DNA of 64,000 nt from Candidatus Adlerbacteria bacterium (GCA_028286685.1 JAQBRA010000002.1:65073-129072), one strand, 5' to 3'. Shown: positions 28,148 to 38,283, counted from the stretch's first letter. Translations and numbers: made by a program. The notes: a model not told the origin generated them from the sequence alone.

Positions 28148-29590
28148 TTAGTATACCTCTATGGCCTGTGTAAAGGGAGTCTCGTATGGCTCGACTTTGA
28201 GGGTGCCGCGGGCGCGGCGACCATTGAGCAAAAAGCGGCTGAGTATCTTGTAGCTATCGAGGTCAAACACCACCTCGTGGCGCTGCGAGGATACTTCGCC
28301 CTCTGCGTACTCGACGGTCTCCACCAGGCACCACTGGTTGACCACGTAGGCCGTACCCTCGCCCTCGTCGTTCTCGTCGCGCACGACTATGGCGCCCTTA
28401 AATGGCCAGGATTTTATCTTGTAGCGGGCAAAGGCCGCGGCTACACGCTTGTTGTAGCTCGCGGGCGTTTCGGCACCCGTGCACGCTCCTGCGCACCATT
28501 CGAGCTGCCGGCCCCAGCAGGCCCCGCCGCCCTTCTCAAGCCCCAGAAGCTTGCCGCACAGGCCCTTTTCTTTAGCGAGCGAGCGCAAAAAGGCCTTGGC
28601 TTGTGCGCGGGTGCGGCATACGCCCAAGATATTATTAAAGTCCTTGGCTTCAATTTCCGAGCGGTACTCGACATCAGCCGCCGTGTAACCCTCGGCAGTG
28701 GCCCGGGAAACGATAAGCGCCAGCTGTTTGTGCTTGCGCAAAACGCGATTGTAGGTGGGCAGCAACTCCTTGACGAGCTTGGATTCCAAAAACAGTGCGC
28801 CCAGCTCGCCTGAAGTTTCGCGATATTCGATATCGGCCGTGTCCTGGCACATGCGCATTTCTTTGGCAGATGCGTGATCGTTTGAAAAATGGGACAGCAC
28901 CCGCGTACGCAGCGTAACGCTCTTGCCCACGTACAAGACCTCGCCATCTGCTGCGTAGAAAATATAGACGCCGGGGCGGTTGGGTATGGCGCTGATTACC
29001 TCGCGGCTGAGCTGCGAGGGCAGCGTGTTGGACTTAAGCGCGCGATCTATGGCGCCTCTAAGCGCCTCGGTGCCCAAGCCTTTTTCGGCCGAGCGCAAAA
29101 ACTCCCACACCACCTGCGCGTCGTCCATGGCGCGATGCCGGTTGGCGCACGCTATGCCGTGCGCGGCCATGACCTCGTCTAGGTTGTGGCGCGCCTGCAG
29201 CGGGTACAAGGCGCGCGAGAGCTTGACCGAGCATAGGGTTTTAGCTCGATAGGGCTGCTCGATGCGAGCGAACTCGGCCTTGATAAACGCGTAGTCAAAG
29301 CGGGCGTTGTGCGCCACGAATACGGCGCCATCGAGCATTTCGCGGATGTCTTCTGAGACCTGGTCGAAGGTCGGGGCATTCTCCAGCTCCTCATTGCTGA
29401 TGCCGGTAATGCCCATGATGACGTGCGAGATGCGGCGCTCGGGCCTGATGAGCGAGTGATATTTCTTGACCACCCTGCCGTCTTCCACGCGCAATATGCC
29501 TATCTCGATAATCCCGCCATGCGCCGGACTCATGCCAGTCGTTTCAGTATCGACTATGGCGTACGTTCTTGATTTGAGGCTGTGTACCAT
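28148..29590 (-). CDS. DnaQ-like 3'-5' exonuclease fused to a GIY-YIG nuclease domain
   Basis: N-terminal YAIVDTETTG...HNARFD (DEDDh exonuclease), then PGVYIFYAADGEVLYVGKS (GIY-YIG). Confidence 0.8.
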   Translation of the reverse strand: MVHSLKSRTYAIVDTETTGMSPAHGGIIEIGILRVEDGRVVKKYHSLIRPERRISHVIMGITGISNEELENAPTFDQVSEDIREMLDGAVFVAHNARFDYAFIKAEFARIEQPYRAKTLCSVKLSRALYPLQARHNLDEVMAAHGIACANRHRAMDDAQVVWEFLRSAEKGLGTEALRGAIDRALKSNTLPSQLSREVISAIPNRPGVYIFYAADGEVLYVGKSVTLRTRVLSHFSNDHASAKEMRMCQDTADIEYRETSGELGALFLESKLVKELLPTYNRVLRKHKQLALIVSRATAEGYTAADVEYRSEIEAKDFNNILGVCRTRAQAKAFLRSLAKEKGLCGKLLGLEKGGGACWGRQLEWCAGACTGAETPASYNKRVAAAFARYKIKSWPFKGAIVVRDENDEGEGTAYVVNQWCLVETVEYAEGEVSSQRHEVVFDLDSYKILSRFLLNGRRARGTLKVEPYETPFTQAIEVY

Positions 29591-29618
29591 TTATGTAAGC
29601 GTACGCCTACGATAACGC

Positions 29619-29650
29619 TTAGGCCATACACAAAAATGAAGAAGGCACGC
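29619..29650 (-). terminator. terminator hairpin downstream of the 29703..29996 gene
   Basis: AAGCGCGAG-gttctt-CTCGCGCTT with a T-run on the minus strand. Confidence 0.4.
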
Positions 29651-29702
29651 AAAAGCGCGAGGTTCTTCTCGCGCTTGCTGCAATCATAATTTGCCCAATG
29701 AG

Positions 29703-29996
29703 CTACTTGAGCATCCCCTGGGCCTGCTCCTCGATCGTCTTTTTTATCTTACCCTCGAACATGCGCAGCATGAGCGGGAGTTTGGCATTGAGCTCGAACT
29801 CGCCCTCGCGCACCTCAAAGGTGCCGGTTATGGTCTGCTTTTGCGCAGTAAAGCCAAAGTGGAGCGTATCGCCCTGCCACTCTTCCTTGTCTATGGTCGC
29901 CTGGTCGCCCAGATTGGGGCGCGCCTCGTGGAGCGCCCTGATAACGCGCTGCTTGGCATCGAACTTGGAGAATTTGTGCGGGATCTTGATCTGCAT
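29703..29996 (-). CDS. hypothetical protein (97 aa)
   Basis: ORF with plausible composition. Located 2 nt upstream of the cyclophilin gene. Confidence 0.4.
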   Translation of the reverse strand: MQIKIPHKFSKFDAKQRVIRALHEARPNLGDQATIDKEEWQGDTLHFGFTAQKQTITGTFEVREGEFELNAKLPLMLRMFEGKIKKTIEEQAQGMLK

Positions 29997-29997
29997 A

Positions 29998-30681
29998 TTA
30001 CTTGAGCGTAACCGAGGTAATGACCATAGGCTCTACCGGACGATCGCCTGCGCCGACCGGAGTGCCTTCAATGGCGGCAACGACTTCCATGCCGGATACC
30101 ACGTGGCCAAAGACCGTGTGCTTGGTGTCGAGGAAGGAATTCTCCGCCGTATTGATGAAGAACTGGCTGCCGTTGGTATTGGGCCCCGAGTTGGCCATGG
30201 AGATAGTGCCGACGGCATTGTGGTTAGTCGCGGAAATTTCGTCGGCAAACTGGTAGCCCGGGCCGCCAGTGCCCCAGCGCCCCGCCATGGAGTCGTCCTT
30301 GGTCAGCGGGTCGCCGCCTTGGATCATGAAGTCCTTGATGACGCGATGGAACTTGGTGCCGTCGTAAAAGCCTGCGGATGCGAGCTTGGTGAAGTTGGCA
30401 ACGGTATTAGGCGTCGCGTCACTAAACTCGATGACAATGTCGCCCTTAGTGGTGTGGAGTGTTGCCTGCATAATTTTTTCGTTAGTGCTGATAGGCTGTA
30501 CTGCTGCCTGCTGTGTTGTTGACGCGGGAGCCTGCTCTGTTTGGCCCTGCTGCGGCTCCTGCTCCCTAATGGAGTACAGGTCGCTGAGGGGTGCGGGCTC
30601 GGCGCCCCGGTTTATAAAATACCAGCCACCGCCGAAAATGACTACTGCGGCAGCAATTGCTGCGAGTGCTGATTTGTCCAC
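29998..30681 (-). CDS. peptidyl-prolyl cis-trans isomerase, cyclophilin type, membrane-anchored
   Basis: HRVIKDFMIQGGDP...GTISMANSGPNTNGSQFFI. The probable GTG start at 30681 follows a TTACAAT hexamer, and the upstream gene's stop is at 30686. Confidence 0.75.
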   Translation of the reverse strand: MDKSALAAIAAAVVIFGGGWYFINRGAEPAPLSDLYSIREQEPQQGQTEQAPASTTQQAAVQPISTNEKIMQATLHTTKGDIVIEFSDATPNTVANFTKLASAGFYDGTKFHRVIKDFMIQGGDPLTKDDSMAGRWGTGGPGYQFADEISATNHNAVGTISMANSGPNTNGSQFFINTAENSFLDTKHTVFGHVVSGMEVVAAIEGTPVGAGDRPVEPMVITSVTLK

Positions 30682-30685
30682 CGGG

Positions 30686-31297
30686 CTATTGTAACAAATC
30701 CTTAAGCACCGGCGCCAGGCGGGCAGCCAAAAGGGCGTATCCTTGGGCGTTCGGGTGGATCGTGTCGGACATATACTCTTTCTTTCCAAAGAGCCCAGAA
30801 AGCGCGTCGGGCACGTAGGCGGTGCGGTACGTGCGCGCAAGCTCCTCAAACCGGGACGCGTACGGGTCGGCTAGCACTCCGCCGCGGATGCCCACCAAAA
30901 GCACCGCAGCTCCCCTGCGCTGCAGGCCCTCTATAATGCTCGCCAGATTGGCAAAGACCGCCTCGTCGCTCACCTGCTGCAGGTAGTCATTGCCGCCCAC
31001 CAGCAGTATGACGACTTTGGGGCGGTAGGCATCAAGATCGTCCAGGCGCCCCAGCACGTCGCTAGTCGTGTCGCCCGGATGCCCCAAGTTGGCGATAGGC
31101 TGGCCTATGTCATTTGAAAGGACCGGCACGAAGCCGCTTTCCCGGGGAGCACCGGTGCCGTATACCAGGCTGTCGCCCAGCGCGATAATGTCGGTGCCGG
31201 CCGAGGGATAGTTGGCGATATCCGGAGCGCGCAAAAAGAAAAACCAGGCCGCCGCGGCCACAGCCAAAACCACCACTCCGGCCCAAAGCAATCTCAT
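30686..31297 (-). CDS. SGNH/GDSL family hydrolase
   Basis: IIALGDSLVYG (GDSL block), GGNDY, and a DxxH-like C-terminal block. Confidence 0.7.
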   Translation of the reverse strand: MRLLWAGVVVLAVAAAAWFFFLRAPDIANYPSAGTDIIALGDSLVYGTGAPRESGFVPVLSNDIGQPIANLGHPGDTTSDVLGRLDDLDAYRPKVVILLVGGNDYLQQVSDEAVFANLASIIEGLQRRGAAVLLVGIRGGVLADPYASRFEELARTYRTAYVPDALSGLFGKKEYMSDTIHPNAQGYALLAARLAPVLKDLLQ

Positions 31298-31301
31298 GGA
31301 G

Positions 31302-31913
31302 CTATTTTAGCACCAGGCTCTTGCGGATCGCGTCGAGCTGGCTTACGAGCGCCGCGCGGTCAAACTCGCGCACAGTCCCCTCCGGATAATTTTCTACTGT
31401 AGTTGAGTGTATGAAGTACCGCACGCCGACGCAGCCGCCCTCAATTGGCGTGGCGTAGACGCGCTCCTCGTAGCGATTGCCTGCGCCAGCACCCCCGCCG
31501 CGCGCGACCGAGAAGCGCTTGCCGTTCTCATCGACAAAGCCCTCGTAGGTCGGGTTGCTCATGTATATCTCGGCGCTGCAGGAATTTACGGCGCCCGGAA
31601 GAAACTCGATCGAAATGCCGGAATCCGGCGAGAGATTAGTGCCCGTAGCCATTTCGGCCGGCACCACGAACTTGACCCCGGCAATGTCGCGGCCGGGACC
31701 GAGCGCCTGATAGGCATAGGGCTCTACCACCGAGTACCCCTCGGGGTACAGCAAGGAGAACCCGTACGCGCTGTTGTCGTACGCCACGAAGCCCGACGGG
31801 GTCGTGGTCGCGTTGCCCGACTGCTCGGCAGGCTCGATGCGCCCCATGGTAAGCGAGAGCCACACGCCCAAAATTAAGACGAGCACTACGAGGACGCCCA
31901 GGGTCGCTTTCAT
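31302..31913 (-). CDS. hypothetical secreted protein
   Basis: Signal peptide. Confidence 0.4.
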   Translation of the reverse strand: MKATLGVLVVLVLILGVWLSLTMGRIEPAEQSGNATTTPSGFVAYDNSAYGFSLLYPEGYSVVEPYAYQALGPGRDIAGVKFVVPAEMATGTNLSPDSGISIEFLPGAVNSCSAEIYMSNPTYEGFVDENGKRFSVARGGGAGAGNRYEERVYATPIEGGCVGVRYFIHSTTVENYPEGTVREFDRAALVSQLDAIRKSLVLK

Positions 31914-32293
31914 ACTTGTTGAGACGGCATAAGCGGATTTTTGTTACGCGTACGCCAAGCATTGGCAGCAAGCGCTAAGGATGCGGCAGCTATCGCGAGG
32001 TCGCGGAAGAGTATCTCGAACTGGGCCAGGTTAAACAGCACAATGCTAACCAGTATGACCGTGGCGGCCATAGCGGGCCAGAAGAGGTTGCGGCCCATCA
32101 GGAGCCAGACCGCGATCCCGACCTCGAGCGCGCCGAAGCCGTGCAAGAGCAGCTCGCTTGGAATGCCCGAGTTGAGCAGGAAGGGCGGGAAATACCCTAT
32201 CCATGAGTCGGGGTTGCCAAGCGCATTGAGCGCCGGGTACAGGAAGGCAAAAGCCACCCCGACCCGCAGCAAGAGATGCGCAGTCCTGTCCAT
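31910..32293 (-). CDS. hypothetical membrane protein (DoxX-like topology)
   Basis: Four predicted TM helices. Confidence 0.35.
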   Translation of the reverse strand: MDRTAHLLLRVGVAFAFLYPALNALGNPDSWIGYFPPFLLNSGIPSELLLHGFGALEVGIAVWLLMGRNLFWPAMAATVILVSIVLFNLAQFEILFRDLAIAAASLALAANAWRTRNKNPLMPSQQV

Positions 32294-32296
32294 ATG

Positions 32297-32803
32297 CTAC
32301 TGGACCGTCACGACGCCCCCGAACTGGGCTGCCGAGTGATTGTGATACTCGAAGGTCCCCGTCTTATCAAAGACAAAGGTGTAGGAGGATCCGTTCTGGC
32401 ACTCGTCAAACGGCGTGGCGCCTTGGTAGGAGCCCGAGCAGTGTGTGGTGCGGTCAGTGCCGTCAAACTCGGTGTGCGTCGGATGCTGGTTAGAGCCTAT
32501 CCACATAGGACCCGAGGTATCGTTGATAAAAGTGACGCCTGTTCCGCGCACAACGGTAACGTTAGCTGGCTCGAAGCCGGCTGCGGTGTAGTGGACCTCG
32601 ACGCGGGTCGAGGCGTCGCCGACGCCGACATCGACGCTTCCGTCTGCGCCGACCGCGCCGTTATTAGCCGTGCCGGTGCCGGTCTGCTGCGTAGCGGTAG
32701 TGTCGGTTACTGCGGGCGCGGGCGCCTGCGCGGAGTACCACCAAACGCCGCCGATAATGACTAGGAGTGCTACGATGACTGCTGCCCATCCGGTATTGCT
32801 CAT
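32297..32803 (-). CDS. hypothetical exported protein (beta-rich, His/Cys-containing; possibly cupredoxin-like)
   Basis: N-terminal TM anchor and a TG-rich linker. The fold assignment is weak. Confidence 0.3.
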   Translation of the reverse strand: MSNTGWAAVIVALLVIIGGVWWYSAQAPAPAVTDTTATQQTGTGTANNGAVGADGSVDVGVGDASTRVEVHYTAAGFEPANVTVVRGTGVTFINDTSGPMWIGSNQHPTHTEFDGTDRTTHCSGSYQGATPFDECQNGSSYTFVFDKTGTFEYHNHSAAQFGGVVTVQ

Positions 32804-32901
32804 GAGAGAAGAAGGATTAGTGAAAGGTTAATAACGCCACTATATCACACCACTCTTTGGCTGAAGGCTATATGAACTAAAAAATCCGGCTGAGGCCGGA
32901 T

Positions 32902-33144
32902 TTAGCGATGCGAGGAGGTGGTGAGGTAGGCCATGCAGCGCAGGCACTTGGCCTGGGACGCGCGGGTCTTGAGGTATTTGTTACCGCAGTCGCATACGAG
33001 TATGGGAGTCTTCTTCTCCTTTACGATCCAATGCCCGTCCTGCTGGAAGGTCTTAGTGGGGCCGCGGCCCATGCGCGAGGGCTCCGAGCGCACCTTAGAG
33101 TCGTGCTCGGGCTTGGCAACGATTTTGGCGATAGTCTTTTTCAT
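32902..33144 (-). CDS. small zinc-ribbon protein
   Basis: CDCG...CLRC motifs in a basic 80-aa protein. Confidence 0.35.
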   Translation of the reverse strand: MKKTIAKIVAKPEHDSKVRSEPSRMGRGPTKTFQQDGHWIVKEKKTPILVCDCGNKYLKTRASQAKCLRCMAYLTTSSHR

Positions 33145-33148
33145 ATAG

Positions 33149-34444
33149 TTACTTAGACTCGATGAAGGTCAATGCCTTACCTTTCTTTCCAGCGCGGCCG
33201 GTGCGGCCGATGCGGTGGATGTAGTCCTCGTGCGTGTTGGGGAGGTCGTAGTTGATGACGTGCGAGACGCCGGAGATGTCGAGGCCGCGGGCGGCAACGT
33301 CGGTAGCGCAGAGGATCTGCACATGGTCCTTCTTGAAGTAATCCAGAGCGCGCACGCGCTGGCCCTGGCTCTTGTTGCCGTGGATGGATTCGGATTTGAG
33401 GCCCTTCTGCACCAGCTGCTTGGAAAGGCGCTCGACGCCGTGCTTGGTGCGGCCGAAGATGATTACCTTGTCGAAGCCCGGCTGGATCAGGAGGTCGTGC
33501 AGGACCTCGAGCTTGTCCTGGCCGGGGGCCACGCGCACGATGTCCTGGTCGATAGAAGAGGACGTGTCGCGGGTCTTAACGGAAATGCGCACGGGCTCAT
33601 TGAGGAACTCGCCGATGAGCTTCTCGATCTCAGTCGAGAGCGTCGCGGAGAAGAAGAGCGTGTGGCGCGGAGTCGGCAACAGGGCCAAAATCTGGCGCAT
33701 GTCGTTTATAAAGCCCATGTCGAGCATGCGGTCGGCCTCATCGAGGATGGCCGCGGAGAAGTCGTCGAGCTTGAGCGCTTTGCGCTCCAAGAGGTCCTTG
33801 AGGCGGCCGGGCGTGCCGATAACGAACTGCGGGCGGCGGGAAAGCTCGCGGATCTGCGGGCCAATAGCAGCACCACCCACGCACACGGTCGCGTACATGC
33901 CGAGACCCTTGGCAAAGCCCTTGAACTCCTCGTTAATCTGGATCGCGAGCTCGCGCGTGGGCACCATGATAAGCACGCGGCCCGAGCCGGCCTGGAGGCG
34001 CTTGTTGATGAGCGGAATGAGGAACGCGGCGGTCTTGCCGGTGCCCGTGTTGGCGATGCCGACGACGTCGGCGCCGCGGATGACGTGCGGGATGGCGCGG
34101 TCCTGGATCGGCGTCGGGTCGATGTAGCCCTTGTCGGCAATGTTCTTTTTGACGCGCTCGTCGAGTGCAAAGTCCGCAAAGCGGTGCTCGGGGATGAACT
34201 TCTCTACCTCTTCGGTAATGACCGCCTTATTGATGAATTTGGAGATATCGGAAAAAATCTGCGGCTTGTGTCCGCCGCCACGGGAGCCTCCCCTGCCGCC
34301 AAAAGACGGGCGTCCGCCCCCGAAGGATGGGCGCGAAGAAGAGCCCGAGCGGTTAAACGGGCGGCGGAAAACGGGCTTGGCACCCCCAGGGCGCGAGCCG
34401 CTATAGGACCTTGAAGGTCCCTTATTGGATCCGGTATTCGGCAT
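33149..34444 (-). CDS. DEAD-box ATP-dependent RNA helicase with an RGG-rich N-terminal tail
   Basis: GTGKTAAF, DEADRMLDMGF, SAT and HRIGRTGRAG motifs. The N-terminal ~60 aa are S/R/G-rich. Confidence 0.9.
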   Translation of the reverse strand: MPNTGSNKGPSRSYSGSRPGGAKPVFRRPFNRSGSSSRPSFGGGRPSFGGRGGSRGGGHKPQIFSDISKFINKAVITEEVEKFIPEHRFADFALDERVKKNIADKGYIDPTPIQDRAIPHVIRGADVVGIANTGTGKTAAFLIPLINKRLQAGSGRVLIMVPTRELAIQINEEFKGFAKGLGMYATVCVGGAAIGPQIRELSRRPQFVIGTPGRLKDLLERKALKLDDFSAAILDEADRMLDMGFINDMRQILALLPTPRHTLFFSATLSTEIEKLIGEFLNEPVRISVKTRDTSSSIDQDIVRVAPGQDKLEVLHDLLIQPGFDKVIIFGRTKHGVERLSKQLVQKGLKSESIHGNKSQGQRVRALDYFKKDHVQILCATDVAARGLDISGVSHVINYDLPNTHEDYIHRIGRTGRAGKKGKALTFIESK

Positions 34445-34492
34445 CTATATTAGTATAGTATCAAATGAACCGCCAATTGTCAATTAAGCGGC

Positions 34493-35953
34493 TTATTTGA
34501 GCACAGACCACAAGTTAGAGTCCTCGCCGCCGTCGATCTTGAATATTGCGACGCCCTTAAGCCCATAGTTTTTAGCTTGCTCTATCTGATTTTGGATAGC
34601 TACCGAGTCGCTCCACCAAACAATGTTAACCGGAGCCGAACCGGTGCCCGCCTGGGCGCCCGCGTTGGTTGCGCTCTCGGTCGCCATATTGCCCGTGCCG
34701 GTTTCGGTCGTCTCAGAGGCATCGGGCTCTTCAGCCAAGCTCGGGCTGTAGGTAAACGACAGCTCGCCTGCCGAGTTGCGCTTGGGCGTAATGCCGAGCT
34801 GCTTAGCGAGGTCGGTAGCGTAGCGCGGGTTGAAGGCCCACTGATAGTCGTAGCGGTAGCCGAACTCGGAGAGCTTGGTCATCTCGTACTCGCGGCCGTA
34901 GGTAGCGACGCCGATGACGAGCTTCTTAGCCGGAATGCTCTGCTTGGTAAGCTCGATGACCTTGCCCACCCACCCCGGGTCAGAAACCGGTATGTAGGGG
35001 GCGAAACGCGCCTTGTTAAGCACCACGTCGGCCGTGCCCTGGTCGTAGGTCATGAGCTTGACCCGGTCGCAGTACTTGTTGATCTCGACGTAGTTGTTGC
35101 CATACTGGCCGGCGTCGGCCGGGCGCGGGCGCGTCTCGTCGTACAGAGAATCAAGCGGCGTACGCGCTTCGATCGTGCAGGAAACCCACTTCTGACCCAT
35201 GCGCTGGTAGAGGCCCTTGAGGAAGGTCGAGAAGAAGGGGCCCGTCTCGTAGCTCTTGCCCTCAAAATCGAGATCGATGCCGTCGTAGCCGCTGTCGTTA
35301 ACGAGCTTGACGATGCGGTCTTCCAGCGCGATGCGCGTGGTCTGGTTGGAGAGGATGCGGTACATAGCCTCGCTATCGCTCCACATGAGGGTCGGAATGA
35401 TGCGGACTTTTTTAGCCTGAGCGGCCTTGATAAGATTCTGCCACGCCGGCTGGCTCATGTCCGCCGCATCTTTAATTGAGCCGTCGGGCTGGCCGATATA
35501 TACAAATGGGTTGATTTCGCTCAACTGGTCGAGATGCGCCATCGCGTCTGCGGTACCGAGCTCGGTGCGCCAATACGGTATCCAGCCGGAATATTCGAAC
35601 TTGCCCGCAGCGCCAGCACCGCTCGTCGCCGTGCCTCCGCCAGTTGCAGCGCCGCCCAACGCCGCCTGCGTGCGCGGGCCGGCAACGCCGTAGCCGGCCG
35701 CCGTAGTGCCCGAACACATGATGCCCTGCGCGCACTGGAACTTCTTGACTGCGGCGAGCGTAAGCGGTCCGAACGTCCCCGTGTTGTTGCCTGCGGCAAG
35801 ATGGCCCTTAGCAATGAGCTGATTTTGCAGGGCCGTAACGTCGCTCCCGGACATGCCGGAAGAAAGCGAGCGGGCAGAAGCCGTGCCCGGAAGCACGGCG
35901 AAACTTAGGACAAAAATAAAGGCGGCCAAAGCGCCAAATGATGTGATACGCAT
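34493..35953 (-). CDS. secreted peptidoglycan-binding domain plus GH18-like (chitinase/cortex-lytic-like) glycosyl hydrolase
   Basis: Signal peptide, a PG_binding_1-like LQNQLIAKGHLAAGNNTGTFGPLTLAAVKKFQ segment, and the GH18 catalytic block DGIDLDFE. Confidence 0.65.
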   Translation of the reverse strand: MRITSFGALAAFIFVLSFAVLPGTASARSLSSGMSGSDVTALQNQLIAKGHLAAGNNTGTFGPLTLAAVKKFQCAQGIMCSGTTAAGYGVAGPRTQAALGGAATGGGTATSGAGAAGKFEYSGWIPYWRTELGTADAMAHLDQLSEINPFVYIGQPDGSIKDAADMSQPAWQNLIKAAQAKKVRIIPTLMWSDSEAMYRILSNQTTRIALEDRIVKLVNDSGYDGIDLDFEGKSYETGPFFSTFLKGLYQRMGQKWVSCTIEARTPLDSLYDETRPRPADAGQYGNNYVEINKYCDRVKLMTYDQGTADVVLNKARFAPYIPVSDPGWVGKVIELTKQSIPAKKLVIGVATYGREYEMTKLSEFGYRYDYQWAFNPRYATDLAKQLGITPKRNSAGELSFTYSPSLAEEPDASETTETGTGNMATESATNAGAQAGTGSAPVNIVWWSDSVAIQNQIEQAKNYGLKGVAIFKIDGGEDSNLWSVLK

Positions 35954-35986
35954 ATATACAGTATAGACGAAGCGGGCGCTTTTGCC

Positions 35987-36256
35987 TTACGAATCGCCTT
36001 CGGCCAACATTAGCTCATCACGCGCGATAAACTCGTAGACCGAACTGTCGTCGTCTTGGATATGCGCGAAGGCCATGCCCTCCTCCTCGAATATATCGAA
36101 AAAGTCGCGCCAGGAAAGGCGCTCGAGCTCGTCCCCGCCTTCGCCCCAATCGAAGCGCAGGCCGGTTTCGGTACCTAAGAGGAGCGCCGGGGTGCCGCCG
36201 CGCTCCAGCGCCCAAGCCCGTATAATTTCGTGGCCGGTGGTGATAACTTGCTGCAT
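35987..36256 (-). CDS. hypothetical protein
   Basis: ORF only. Confidence 0.3.
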   Translation of the reverse strand: MQQVITTGHEIIRAWALERGGTPALLLGTETGLRFDWGEGGDELERLSWRDFFDIFEEEGMAFAHIQDDDSSVYEFIARDELMLAEGDS

Positions 36257-36296
36257 ACTCCCTTGTACCCCGGACGGCGTGTAGGGAGTGTGAACA

Positions 36297-36848
36297 CTAC
36301 CAGCCCAAGCCGCGCGCCAACAGGCCGATGAATACGATGCCCATGAAGTTCATGCCATAAGCAATAAGCAAGAACGTGCGCGTGCGCAATTTTGAAACTC
36401 CCAAGAGCGCGAGGCCCAGCTCGTCGGGCAATGGCGAGGCAATGATGAGCGCGCCCATGACCGGCAGCACGCGCCTGAAGTGCCGGCTTTTAAATATATG
36501 CAGGGCGCGGCGGATGCGCGAGCCGCGCAAAAGGTATGCGGCATCCTGCGAGACGCGGTCGCGCACGAAAGCGTACAAGAGATAGTCGCCCGCAACCGCG
36601 CCCACAGAGCCCACGAGCGCTATCAAAAATAAATTACCCTCCAAAGACAGCTCACCCAAGACGGCAATAGCAGGCGCAGTCGTAAGCAGCGAGGTAAAAA
36701 AGAGACCGGCCAGCAGGCTCGCCCACAATAGTCCGTCCCCCGCCTGAGCGAGCGCTTGCGGTACAAAATTAAAATGCACGATGGCCCATGCCGCCCAGAT
36801 GCTGGCGACGACAAGCAGGGCGTCTTGAAGCAAACGCGTGCGGCGCAT
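36297..36848 (-). CDS. DedA/VTT-like membrane protein
   Basis: Multi-TM protein with a G..GD..LY-like segment. Confidence 0.35.
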   Translation of the reverse strand: MRRTRLLQDALLVVASIWAAWAIVHFNFVPQALAQAGDGLLWASLLAGLFFTSLLTTAPAIAVLGELSLEGNLFLIALVGSVGAVAGDYLLYAFVRDRVSQDAAYLLRGSRIRRALHIFKSRHFRRVLPVMGALIIASPLPDELGLALLGVSKLRTRTFLLIAYGMNFMGIVFIGLLARGLGW

Positions 36849-36875
36849 TAGCTACATTATTGCACGAGGCAGGAG

Positions 36876-37277
36876 CTACTCGGTGGTGGAGCCGTCCCAA
36901 TGATCGTTCGACTCGTCCGCATCAGCTTCTGCTTTGGTCTTATGCACCAGGCCGTCCTTGTGGTTAGGCGGCGTATATACCGTGTAGAGCTTAAGCGGCA
37001 CCTCCGGCGAGGTGTTGATGATGTTGTGCTTGGTGCCTGCGGGCACTGTGATTGAGAAGCCGTCAGCAAACTCGTGCTCGACGGCGTCGAGCACTGCCTT
37101 ACCCTGCCCTACCTCAATGCGCAGAAACTGGTCAACGTCATGCACCTCCTCGCCAATCTCACCTTTAGGATCGATGCTCATGACCACCAATTGCGAGAGC
37201 TTGGTCGTATAGAGCACCTTCCTGAAATTATCGTTGGCAAACGTCGCTTTTTCTATGTCGTTTATATAGCCTTTCAT
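36876..37277 (-). CDS. cupin domain protein
   Basis: Spacing of the beta-barrel motifs in GEIGEEVHDVDQFLRIEVGQGKAVLD...H. Confidence 0.55.
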   Translation of the reverse strand: MKGYINDIEKATFANDNFRKVLYTTKLSQLVVMSIDPKGEIGEEVHDVDQFLRIEVGQGKAVLDAVEHEFADGFSITVPAGTKHNIINTSPEVPLKLYTVYTPPNHKDGLVHKTKAEADADESNDHWDGSTTE

Positions 37278-37350
37278 ATGCGCGCATTATACCATTTGGA
37301 GTTTTTGGTTGCCCGTAAGTCCTATATTGGATTACCTGCCGCACTATAGC

Positions 37351-38283
37351 CTATTTTACGTAGGGCCCGATGGCGCTCCGGATAGAATCACGCAACTTTA
37401 CCAACTCGGGATACTGGTAGAAGAAAAGAATCTTTTGGTCTTTGACAAGAGAGCCGGTCGGCTTTGCGCGAAGAACAAAGTCGGTGAACGCCTCGGCAAT
37501 ATCCTCCTCGGGGCCCGTGGCCGCATAAACCGTCGTAAAACTGTTCTTGTTCTGCGCGTAGTAAAGGTCAGTCGCGCCGGTCGTCGCCGAATCTTTGGCC
37601 GCTTTTTGGGCCGACGCTGTCCAGAACTTCTGTGCAAATGCCGAGAGGTAGGAGTCCGTGAGCGTGCATCCATCCCCATTCGTTGCATACAGGTTTGCCT
37701 TTCTGCACTTGAGTTTGTTGATCTTCTTATAGTCTACTTGCGAAGAGTTAAGGGTGATAAGGTGCGCATATTCGTGGACCAGCGTTATGGAGATGTCGCG
37801 CTTCCATGCTGCATTTGAGAAGTTGATGCCGTTGGTATTGATAGCGAGGCCAAAGGCGGGATTCTTGCTGTTTACGCGCGCAACGAAGCCCAAAACCGGG
37901 CTTGGCAGCTTGTACGTAATGTATTGGCGGATGTTCTTATCAATGAAATCCCAGCCCGCTATGCCGGCAAAAATATCCCACACCTTTTGCTCGTCAGGAT
38001 TCGGCTTGTAGGCGCTCGAATTTTTCTCAAGCTTTTTGTTGAAGACGACGTAATCGGTGACAACGTCGCCGGCATCATATTGGATATCCTCCATGGCCTC
38101 GACGCCAATAGGCACGTTTAGCGAAGAGCGGTCAACACTCCAAGTTTGGGGCGCGGCAGCGGGATTAGGGATAGTAGAAAGGGGTGTCGCTTTGCCTGCC
38201 GCGTGGGCAGTTAAATGACTTGGACTTATAACCAGCATGGCAACAACTACCGCAAAATAGGAAAAAAGCCTCCGTCGATTCAT
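37351..38283 (-). CDS. secreted HExxH metallopeptidase-like protein
   Basis: Signal peptide and a LVHEYAHLITLN zincin motif. This marks the start of a visibly AT-richer stretch. Confidence 0.45.
   Translation of the reverse strand: MNRRRLFSYFAVVVAMLVISPSHLTAHAAGKATPLSTIPNPAAAPQTWSVDRSSLNVPIGVEAMEDIQYDAGDVVTDYVVFNKKLEKNSSAYKPNPDEQKVWDIFAGIAGWDFIDKNIRQYITYKLPSPVLGFVARVNSKNPAFGLAINTNGINFSNAAWKRDISITLVHEYAHLITLNSSQVDYKKINKLKCRKANLYATNGDGCTLTDSYLSAFAQKFWTASAQKAAKDSATTGATDLYYAQNKNSFTTVYAATGPEEDIAEAFTDFVLRAKPTGSLVKDQKILFFYQYPELVKLRDSIRSAIGPYVK

Noticed and set aside
27821-28813. 330-aa plus-strand ORF
   Set aside because: Antisense to the DUF45 and DnaQ-GIY-YIG genes.
33215-34414. 399-aa plus-strand ORF
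   Set aside because: Antisense to the DEAD-box helicase gene.
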